A stretch of DNA of 64,000 nt from Phyllobates terribilis. Its lineage: Eukaryota. The notes beneath the pieces were generated by a model. That model did no database searches. It was not told the origin of the DNA and saw only the letters and a program-made list of their open reading frames with translations. How positions within the stretch are numbered: position 1 is the first letter of the stretch; each line of letters opens with the position of its first letter. The stretch lies in NCBI RefSeq assembly GCF_046119375.1, contig NW_027362763.1, forward strand, positions 782,006,001 to 782,070,000, in the 5' to 3' direction. The position numbers and the translations under genes were made by a program. This document shows, piece after piece, positions 58,801 through 64,000 of the stretch.

Positions 58801-60395
58801 TCCAATATCATATTTCATGCTTACATGCTATATAGCATTACAGAGTGCAACTTGTATTTGTTTGTTACGTAGGTGAAACACAGACGCGTGAATGAGGCTT
58901 TTCTTCAGTTTTTCTCTATCAGTCTATGGAAACCAGAAGGGATCAGAGCGCTGTGACTTTTTCATGGGCCCATAGACTTTCTTTGCCAAGTTTGATCCTA
59001 CACTCGTATCAATATCGGACATATCTTCAGGATTTCGCAAGGACAAGTGAACAACCCCACACACTATCACAGGTACAAGTGCTATCCGAGAAAACATGGA
59101 CAGCACTTCTATGCAAAAAACTGAATGAGTCCTAACTTCGGAATCAAAACCATTATAGATAATGGAAACAAATAATTTTGCAAATACATTGATGTATCAA
59201 AAGTGTACCATTTTTTCACATTTGGCCAGCTCTCCACCGTGTCCCACTCTTTGCATATCCTACTAAGCCTATGGGAACGACCACTGCTTCAATTTACCAG
59301 CGGTGGCCACTAGTGTTGAGCGAGTAGGTTTCGTTAACCCTTTTGGCAAGAACGCTCGGGTGCTCGCCGAGTATTCTGGCGTGCTCGGCATTTCTTACTG
59401 TGGACGCAAGTGTCAGGGCTGTTAGAAAGAGATGTGACACATGCAAAGATTGCCTGTTTGACAGTCAATCTCTGCATGTGTCACAGCTGTCTAACAGCCG
59501 TGACACTTGCAGCCACGGCCACAGTAAAAGAAATACCGAGCACGCCAAAATACTCGGCGAGCACCCGAGCGTGCTCGCCAAAAGGGTTAATGAAACCTAC
59601 TTGCTCAACACTAGTGGCCACACTTGCTACTCATTTTGCATGGACTATTGCTGGGCTATAGGGTGGCTCTATATGACTATATAGGACAGCTATTGGGAAC
59701 GCACAGTAGCCCTTTGGCCATTTTATACTGCCACATGTGCACTAGAATTGTCTCATTTTCAGACAGAATTCTCCTGCATTTTAATTATGTAAATCTGCGG
59801 TGGGTGACGTGAGGACAACGGAGAAGGTCTTTTATAATTCTGCAGACGTCTTGTATTTTACATCATCCCCTGGGGCTGAATGTACAGAACAACATCCATA
59901 AGGTCCGAGGCCACAATCATCGTTACATCAGCCACACATCAGCTCTCCCCATCCATGCGGGGTCTTTCCTGAGAGCTTCACACAATGGGACCTGTAATCT
60001 GTAAGGTTCTGTATTCCCAGACACTTGTGAAGAATTGCTGCAATAGGTCCATGTTGAGGGGTCTCCACCCCTCTGTGACCCTGACATCACTCTCCTAACC
60101 CCCCATACGCTGTACACCCCGTACAATACCGCCATGTGTAGACTTGGCACAGAACCTGCTATTGTATCAGTAACTCGGCCCGACTACCGCAGCTATGTAG
60201 TCGGAGCACACCCTCCAGCCCCAGCAGTGTCCCCGGACTGACCAGAGAGAAGTCCGGCCCCGGCCAGTTGAGGCGGAATGGGATGTCATCGCTGATTCCT
60301 GGCAGTGCCCTGCCGCCGCTGCACTCCCGGAGCAGCCCGTACAGGAGCAGCAGGGCCGGGGCACAAGCACGGACAGCCCGCTCTCCCCGGTGCAT
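28767..60395 (-). CDS. ERLEC1: Endoplasmic reticulum lectin 1 (XTP3-B/erlectin), 14 coding exons, 1443 nt, 480 aa
   Basis: All exons located with splice dinucleotides; lengths 153,105,81,78,61,41,224,130,159,60,125,78,76,72 sum to an open frame; signal peptide and two MRH/PRKCSH domains ([32 protein letters not shown]). Confidence 0.96.
29976..30051 (-). CDS. ERLEC1: ERLEC1 exon 13
   Basis: ttag|(R)[25 protein letters not shown]|gtaagt. Confidence 0.97.
30132..30209 (-). CDS. ERLEC1: ERLEC1 exon 12
   Basis: acag|(R)[25 protein letters not shown](K)|gtgagt. Confidence 0.97.
31466..31762. mobile_element. Degenerate hAT-type MITE (approximate ends)
   Basis: atgagcaggacccg... / ...cgggtttgctcatc inverted ends with gttcgg-rich subterminal motifs. 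Confidence 0.5.
32167..32291 (-). CDS. ERLEC1: ERLEC1 exon 11 (GC donor)
   Basis: gcag|[41 protein letters not shown](R)|gcaagt. Confidence 0.95.
32408..32467 (-). CDS. ERLEC1: ERLEC1 exon 10
   Basis: gcag|[20 protein letters not shown]|gtaagt. Confidence 0.97.
32643..33386 (+). mobile_element. Internally deleted Tc1/mariner-superfamily element
   Basis: Diverged TIRs (cactcgctactttacctggg... / ...ccaagtaaagtagcaagtgtatcaccctg-TA); [14 protein letters not shown]-terminus fused to a decayed [12 protein letters not shown] motif. Confidence 0.7.
33664..34001. mobile_element. T2/Kolobok-type MITE
   Basis: TTAA-aggggttgtccactac ... gtgggcactaccc-TTAA. Confidence 0.6.
34133..34746. mobile_element. 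Tc2/pogo-type foldback MITE
   Basis: TA-ccgtattttgcggattatatgacgca / gagtcttataattcaaaaaataagg-TA; GC-rich internal inverted repeat. Confidence 0.7.
34936..35094 (-). CDS. ERLEC1: ERLEC1 exon 9
   Basis: ctag|[53 protein letters not shown]|gtaagt. Confidence 0.96.
36478..36607 (-). CDS. ERLEC1: ERLEC1 exon 8
   Basis: acag|(R)[43 protein letters not shown]|gtaaac. Confidence 0.96.
36741..36964 (-). CDS. ERLEC1: ERLEC1 exon 7
   Basis: ttag|[32 protein letters not shown]...[19 protein letters not shown](R)|gtaagg. Confidence 0.97.
37660..37700 (-). CDS. ERLEC1: ERLEC1 exon 6
   Basis: aacag|(G)[13 protein letters not shown]|gtacgt; its 41 nt restore the frame between exons 5 and 7. Confidence 0.85.
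38291..38351 (-). CDS. ERLEC1: ERLEC1 exon 5
   Basis: ttag|[20 protein letters not shown](G)|gtttgt. Confidence 0.9.
39773..42580 (-). CDS. DIRS-B tyrosine recombinase ORF (935 codons, TTG start; last about 30 codons probably frameshifted)
   Basis: [44 protein letters not shown] motifs; overlaps pol by about 1.8 kb. Confidence 0.85.
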   Translation of the reverse strand: MDLRDNQEGAHIRVQKQAQEHCQNISPQRFSGTDSLTAGSSLSAHERSSGGNTCTRARKRILFDSLSNKEAGRLLQDHCELKEAERPFNLQAVQDGNNKIGHKDVISGLFYVRPRSEGRLLPRPDFARSSTVSKSSCTIRPARKAFSVRSSSLWHFHGAESLHKNYSGGHGALEGKRYSGHPLSGRLLSSGQIKSTLCSSPGGRHGQSKTPRLAVKSGEVKAGTKEGSVFPGSHSGLRKPNLSSARGKEAEDQIPNISGCQQSVHDPEECNVSVGYNDILHPGGSVGPAPFQMSSTGDSGSGQAAQRSPEWENISSRCRDQLPGLVDISGQPIFGGSLDLPGVGYNYNRRKCGRLGSSPKGSFCSRPLVGQRDKSLFQHERAVGSQKRSKRIQFCSSGSSRQDNVRQQINSRLHQSSGGYQVSPSDANSGSDLQVCRESAGYALGTAYKRGREHKGRFLESSHPETRRVGVESSRFSAYCGSVGTAPDRSICKQTQSEDRNLLLPESKRGGVCGGRAADSMGFHSSLCLSPFSTDPYYPEEDPRGTGEGYIDRPVLAQETMVHLDEENVPSRSMGSSGSPQAGPSLSSPKSGPAFDSLDFERSLLTQRGFSPDLVTTLLASRKLITTRIYGRTWAKFLSTSGQSAKGRIPIEAILEFLQKGLNMGLATSTIKVQVSALGALYNYDLAANRWIIRFIKACHRSRPIPVPRMPPWDFNLVLEALTKPPFEPLEKVSEQILTLKTALLVALTSARRVSDLHALSVNHPFTQVCMDRVILRPDPAYLPKVASKFHRTQVITLPSFYPNPRDSEEYKLHTLDVRRVLVQYLEVTKAWRKSDALFISFQGARKGLKVTRGTIARWVRDIITLAYSSSNLPVPENLKAHSTRAVAASWAEKADVPIDIICKALGHPPLHFTNITVLTFPLLICPLVEGCCKR
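40765..42819 (-). CDS. DIRS-B pol: RT, RNase H and methyltransferase-like domain, 684 aa, uninterrupted
   Basis: ATG start; [34 protein letters not shown]; [21 protein letters not shown]; IDLFA and YAFPP. Confidence 0.92.
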   Translation of the reverse strand: MDFPRCLVPDLTVPFGRENTAAVKLPETKVTGKTESRITEASYSGVPPPRIRKPLSDSSPQVGGRLSHFLHAWKEISSNSWILGIIRRGLTLEFKSRPKNTVKISAPRGLAEQIALQQEVLSLLMKGVLVETPAPEQGRGFYSTLFLIKKPDGSFRTIANLKRLNDHLIYRPFKMETIKSAIKMSFPDCFMCVLDLKDAYYHVPILPDHQQFLRVAVQFGRHVRHFQFAALPFGISMAPRVFTKIILEVTAHLRERDILVIPYLDDFLVVGRSSQLCALALADVMASLRRLGWLLNLEKSRLEPKRVQSFLGLILDSENQTCLLPEEKKLKIRSLISQVVSNPSMTLRSAMSLLGTMTSCIPAVQWAQHHSRCLQQEILAADRRLKGRLNGKISLPGVVINSLDWWTSPVNLSLGVPWTSQVSDTITTDASAEGWGAHLRDRSVQGLWSDSETSLSSNMKELLAARNALKEFSSVLQGPHVRIMSDNRSTVAYINRQGGTRSLPLMLIADQIFRFAESRLVMLSALHIKGEENIKADFLSRHILKQGEWELNPAVFQHIVDRWGQPQIDLFANRHNRKTETFCSLNPKEGAFAVDALQIPWDFTLAYAFPPLVLIPTILRKIREERARVILIAPFWPKRPWFTWMKRMSQADPWVLPDLLRQGPVCHPQRAGLHLTAWILRGRY
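42650..43905 (-). pseudogene. DIRS-B gag, split by one indel in a G homopolymer (about 43575-43581)
   Basis: CALC...CSDC zinc finger in the 43537-43962 frame continues as ...[25 protein letters not shown] (42650-43516 frame) if G7 is read as G8. Confidence 0.8.
45740..46380 (+). mobile_element. CR1 LINE 3' fragment, decayed (approximate ends)
   Basis: [27 protein letters not shown] and a CR1-like 3' end. Confidence 0.8.
46722..47163. mobile_element. PIF/Harbinger-type MITE
   Basis: ggccggagtcacactagcg / cgcaagtgagagcgagc termini. Confidence 0.6.
47232..47280 (-). ncRNA. Type I hammerhead ribozyme-like motif (Penelope-type), degenerate; sense to the ERLEC1 pre-mRNA
   Basis: Minus strand reads CTGATGA-A-GGTCC-ATGCA-GGACA-GAAA-CGG-AGTG-CC-GTC: both core boxes, stem II, stem III and a GUC triplet. 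Confidence 0.55.
47250..47532. repeat. About 125-bp-arm palindrome with a 29-nt spacer
   Basis: Arms 47250-47376 and 47406-47532 are reverse complements with few mismatches. Confidence 0.9.
47501..47543 (+). ncRNA. Second hammerhead-like copy (GAAA box mutated to CAAA)
   Basis: CATTTAT-CTGATGA-A-GGCCC-ATGCG-GGACC-CAAAC-GTC-ATTAA. Confidence 0.45.
47580..48465 (+). mobile_element. Tc1 3' fragment with an internal microsatellite
   Basis: [14 protein letters not shown] and [10 protein letters not shown] remnants; right TIR ...acttgacaggtactg-TA. Confidence 0.75.
47885..48050 (+). repeat. 11-bp tandem repeat CTGTGTGAGG(G/A), about 15 copies
   Basis: Direct reading; the first block ends in G and the second in A. 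Confidence 0.92.
48840..48917 (-). CDS. ERLEC1: ERLEC1 exon 4
   Basis: ttag|[26 protein letters not shown]|gtatgt. Confidence 0.97.
48997..49077 (-). CDS. ERLEC1: ERLEC1 exon 3
   Basis: tcag|[27 protein letters not shown]|gtaact. Confidence 0.96.
50063..50685. mobile_element. PIF/Harbinger-type MITE with a triple-hairpin core
   Basis: TAA-gcccccgtctcac / gtgtgacggggccc-TTA; internal hairpins at 50292-50485. Confidence 0.75.
51034..52631 (-). mobile_element. Full-length Tc1 element (1598 bp), long TIRs, decayed transposase on the minus strand
   Basis: TA-cagtggcatgtaagagtttgggcacccctggtc ... gaccaggggtgcccaaacttttacatgccactg-TA; [32 protein letters not shown] starts near 52248. Confidence 0.9.
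53720..53893. other. Assembly gap (174 N)
   Basis: Run of n. Confidence 1.
53930..55260 (+). repeat. C-rich minisatellite, variable 21-31-bp units (core caatcctggtatg), adjacent to the gap
   Basis: Unit caatcctggtatgcatggcacccctcacccc drifting to caatcctggtatgtgtgccccccc. Confidence 0.92.
55922..56026 (-). CDS. ERLEC1: ERLEC1 exon 2
   Basis: gcag|[35 protein letters not shown]|gtatta. Confidence 0.96.
56365..56854. mobile_element. T2/Kolobok-type foldback MITE
   Basis: TTAA flanks; long inverted arms across almost the whole element. Confidence 0.82.
57510..58575 (-). mobile_element. Tc1 5' fragment (3' end lost)
   Basis: 5' TIR cactgctcaggaaaataaagggaacac with TA; [15 protein letters not shown] and QDNARPH remnants on the minus strand. 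Confidence 0.85.
59311..59613. mobile_element. 303-bp hAT-type MITE
   Basis: TAGTGTTGAGC...GCTCAACACTA termini with an 8-bp TSD GTGGCCAC (59303-59310, 59614-59621). Confidence 0.9.
60243..60395 (-). CDS. ERLEC1: ERLEC1 exon 1 (coding part; signal peptide)
   Basis: [51 protein letters not shown]|gtcagt. Confidence 0.95.
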
Positions 60396-60399
60396 CCTC

Positions 60400-60860
60400 T
60401 CCCTAGCTGCGGGCGCCGCTCTCCCGACTCTGCACACAGCCAATCACATCGCGGCACAGCGCACACAGCAGGGGCGCCACGTCTCTTCCGGGATCAGTGG
60501 AGCCGGGCCCCAGCTCTGCACTTCCGGAGTAGCTTTTTTTTGTTTTGTTTTTTTTTTAAATAAACTTTATTACACATAACATTTCCATATTTATCAAATC
60601 TCCGCGTGTATCTGCAATTGTCACCACACTGTGGAGGATTTAACCCCTTGAGGACGCAGCTCCCTCCCCGTACGACTCCGCCGATCCCCGTGGTCTGCTC
60701 CCTCAGCTCAGGCTCCTCCAGCAGATGGTGTCATCGGATTATATCGCCATCTGCTGCGGATTTTGTTTCCAAGCCGCTGATCTTCTTTTCCACCTTATGT
60801 CCCCTCTGTCACCCCGTAGCGTCAGCGGTTGCTAGGCAACAGTGCAGCGTCTCTGGGCAG
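60400..60860. promoter_or_regulatory. GC-rich, probably bidirectional promoter
   Basis: CCAAT 60440, GCCACGTC 60476, CTTCCGG 60485 and ACTTCCGG 60520 (ETS), inverted CAGCAGATGG pair 60718-60757, X-box GTTGCTAGGCAAC 60828. Confidence 0.7.
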
Positions 60861-61006
60861 TTGTGATGGCGAGCTCTCACCAGGACGCAGTGCTTGCTGC
60901 ATCGTGTGTCCGCACCCCTGTGAACCCCCGCACCCGAGCTCCCCGCACCCTGTACGAGAGGCAGGAGGAGGAGAAGCGGCGGGGCTGCACCGAGGAGCCG
61001 GGCCTG
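60840..61006 (+). other. Candidate non-coding first exon of the head-to-head gene (ASB3 by mammalian synteny; start approximate)
   Basis: GC-rich segment ending CTG|GTGAGG (donor at 61007). No ASB3 coding sequence was seen in the window, so the identity is inferred only. Confidence 0.4.
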
Positions 61007-61136
61007 GTGAGGACGTGCCCGCCATGCCTGTAGGGCTTGTGTCTGGCCGGCGCCCGAGTGCGCTATTCTGCCGCCTGTGTGTGTGAGCGCCCGGCTTATT
61101 GATTGCTGATGAATTTAATTTGTAGTAAAATTTGCC

Positions 61137-61623
61137 TTAAAGCGGAACTTTCACAACATTCATGATGTTGCTGTGTACAGATCACTTAGAGGGGCGGAGG
61201 ATGGAGTATAAGGTTTCCCTCCACTCCTTTGCAGAGATATGGGCTTCAGAAGTGTAAGTCTATCCTTAGGATATGTCATCATGTCTGATCGGTGGGGATG
61301 CGACACCCGGGACCCCCTCTGATCAGCTGTTACCGGTGTCGCCGGTGGCCGGAACTGCACCTCCGTCCACGGAATAGTGGCCTCGGTTGGGTAACAACAC
61401 ATCTGTAACCTAGTGATTTGAATATGGGGCGGATGTGCAGTACCGCCGTGGCTACTATACATTTGACGGAGCTGTGCTGTGCTGCTCCATAGCTGAGCAC
61501 TTCTGACCAACGCCATAAGCTGATCGGCGGGGGTGCCGGGTGTCGCACCCCCCACTGATCAGAGATTGATTAACTATACTAAGGATAGGCCGTCAATATT
61601 AAAGTCCCAGACAACCCCTTTAA
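61137..61623. mobile_element. T2/Kolobok-type MITE
   Basis: TTAA flanks; gacacccgggacccc...ctgatcagc and gctgatcggcggggtgccgggtgtc inverted motifs. Confidence 0.6.
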
Positions 61624-61671
61624 GGCGCACAATATCCAAATTTTCCCTTCAGCCAAAGGGGCAGTTACAGA

Positions 61672-62561
61672 GATTCTCCTCTGTTTCACACGTCCGGATA
61701 TTTCCTGTAAAAACCGGTACCGGAGATATCCGTGTCCATGTGTCTTACGTGTTGCATCCATGTGCGGCATGTGTGCCGCATCAGGATCACACGGACGGGC
61801 GCCTGGGAATCAGCGCTACAGTTAGCGCTGTTCCCAAGCGGCGGTGCTGAACGCTGCCCTCATCCCTCATCATGGTTCCTTCCAGTGCTGCGATCAGCAC
61901 CAGCAGGGACAGTGATGAGGGTAGTGATAGTCTGATCCCGATGTCTCCACCTGTAAAAATAAGAATAAAATCCTTATACTGACCTCTCCTAGGTGTCCCC
62001 CGCTGTAATCCATGCAACCGCTGAAGCCGGGGTGAATGAGCCACTCTGGAGCTGCGCTCAGTGAGTGACAGAACACCGCTCCTGAGCTGTAGCTCCGGAG
62101 CGGCTCATTCTCCCCGGCTTCAGCGGTTGCATGGATTACAGGAGGGGACACCTAGGAGAGGTGAGTATAAGGATTTTATTACTTTTTTCTTATTTTTACA
62201 GGTGGGAACACCGGGCTCAGACTACCACTACCCTCATCATGGTCCCTGCTGGTTCTGATCGCAGCGCCGGCAGGGAACCATGATGAGGGCAGTGTTCAGA
62301 ACCTGGCACTTGGGAACAGCGCCATTCCCAGGCGCCGGTACATGTCACACGGATGTTATCCGTGTAGTACATTTTGCGGACTGTTTATCCGCAAAAAAAC
62401 GGACTTGCCTCCATGTAGAGCACACGGAAGCACGGTCCATGAAAACACACTGAGATGTGCACAGACCCATAGATTTGAATGGGTCTGCGTGTGTCAGTGT
62501 CTCCGGTACGTGTGGAAACTGTCACCACACGTACCGGAAATACGGACGTGTGAAAGAGCCC
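61672..62561. mobile_element. PIF/Harbinger-type MITE with an internal duplication (approximate start)
   Basis: tttcacacgtcc / ggacgtgtgaaagagcc termini; ccctcatcatggt...cag and ccggcttcagcgg motifs recur in direct and inverted form. Confidence 0.55.
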
Positions 62562-62819
62562 TTAGGCAGAGTTATAGGGGAGAAAAAGAGCAAACGCCCC
62601 AGAGAATGCCACGACAGTCTTTCTCATTATAATCTAGTAACACTGATGTGTCTCACCTGATCACATGGAGATCTCATCACTCCTGGCACTTACTGTCATT
62701 ACAAGCGCCAGGAGAGAAGAACTGCAGCTTGGGGCAGTGACAGTCACCCTGGGAGCAGAACATGTCCCATGGACCTACTACTGGGGCTAAGTAAATTGAT
62801 GGGACATCCTGATACTGTA

Positions 62820-62968
62820 GACTGTAAGCCCATAAGAGCAGGGTCCTCTCCCCTCTGTACCAGTCTGTCATTGTTAGTTTGTAATTTATATTTGTATCTT
62901 GTATGTAATCCCTCCTCATGTACAGCACCATGGAATCATTGGTGCTCTAAAAATATATAATAATAATA
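62820..62968 (+). mobile_element. L2-type LINE 3' tail
   Basis: gactgtaagccc...gcagggtcctctc...tgtacagcaccatgg...aaaaatatataataataata. Confidence 0.6.
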
Positions 62969-62989
62969 CTTGTAGTAGGTCCAGCTGCT

Positions 62990-63967
62990 CCCACTGTGAT
63001 CTGTGTCGTTCCCACTATGATCTGTGCCGCTCCCACTATGATCTGCGCCACTCCCACTACAATCTGCGTCACTCCCACTACAATCTGCGTCGCTCCCACT
63101 ATGATCTGCTCCGCTCCCACTATGATCTGCTCCGCTCCCACTATGATCTGCTCTGCTCCCACTATGATCTGCTCCTCTCCCACTATGATCTGTGCCGCTC
63201 CCACTGTGATCTGTGCCGCTCCCACTGTGATCTGTGCCGCTCCCACTGTGATCTGTGCCGCTCCCACTGTGATCTGTGCCGCTCCCACTGTGATCTGTGC
63301 CGTTCCCACTGTGATCTGTGCCGTTCCCACTGTGATCTGTGCCGCTCCCACTGTGATCTGCGCCGCTCCCACTATGATGTGTGCCGTTCCCACTATGATC
63401 TGCGCCGTTCCCACTATGATCTGCGCCGCTCCCACTATGATCTGCGCCGCTCCCACTATGATCTGTGCCGCTCCCACTATGATCTGCGCCGCTCCCACTA
63501 TGATCTGCGCCGCTCCCACTATGATCTGCGCCGCTCCCACTATGATCTGCGTCGTTCCCACTGTGATCTGCGCCGCTCCCACTGTGATCTGCGCCGCTCC
63601 CACACTCCCTCTGTGATCTGTGCCGCTCCCACTGTGATCTGTGCCGCTCCCACTGTGATCTGTGCCGCTCCCACTAGGATCTGCGCCGCTCCCACTGTGA
63701 TCTGTGCCTCTCCCACTAGCATCTGCGTCGTTCCCATTATGATCTGCGCCGCTCCCACTATGCTCTGTGCCGCTCCCACTATGATCTGTGCCGCTCCCAC
63801 TATGATCTGTGCCGCTCCCACTATGATCTGTGCCGCTCCCACTATGATCTGTGCCGCTCGCACTATGATCTGTGCTGCTCCCACTAGCATCTGCGCCGCT
63901 CCCACTATGATCTGTACCGCTCCCACTATGATCTGTGCCGCTCCCACTAGCATCTGCGCCGCTCCCA
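62990..63967 (+). repeat. 21-bp minisatellite, about 46 copies
   Basis: Unit cccactatgatctgtgccgct, with one interruption near 63600. Confidence 0.95.
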
Positions 63968-64000
63968 TGTTGCAGCTCTCCTCCACTACTGGGGATGTAA

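Noticed and set aside
62947-63986. Long ORFs (VGAAQII)n / (PTMICAA)n as protein genes, or the array as CRISPR
   Set aside because: They are by-products of a stop-free 21-bp tandem unit. There are no unique spacers, no cas genes, and the context is eukaryotic.

Overview
Vertebrate genomic DNA, very repeat-rich. The TTAA-flanked T2-type MITEs, DIRS, Tc1 and CR1 content suggests an anuran amphibian (inference). Two host genes lie tail-to-tail: GPR75 (+, single coding exon, 8662-10275) and a complete 14-exon ERLEC1 (-, 60395 to 28767, 480 aa; all splice junctions read by eye, intron 11 is GC-AG). Upstream of ERLEC1 is a GC-rich promoter that looks bidirectional, with a probable non-coding first exon on + (ASB3 by mammalian synteny only). 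Mobile elements: a young, internally deleted Gypsy-type LTR element just upstream of GPR75 (4075-7603); two structurally complete DIRS1-type tyrosine-recombinase retrotransposons of different families (20371-26481 decayed; 39405-44937 nearly intact, in ERLEC1 intron 4, same orientation); several Tc1/mariner relics, CR1/L2/SINE fragments, many MITEs, three tandem arrays and a 174-N gap. Best leads: (1) a textbook 91-nt GT-AG intron that joins an upstream ORF in frame to the DIRS gag, whose acceptor is also in phase with ERLEC1 exon 4; (2) an inverted pair of hammerhead-ribozyme-like motifs in the same ERLEC1 intron; (3) a 30-bp VNTR plus an overlapping uORF across the GPR75 start, with a fresh LTR about 200 bp from its putative promoter. 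No database or folding computation was run; TE boundaries marked approximate are by eye.
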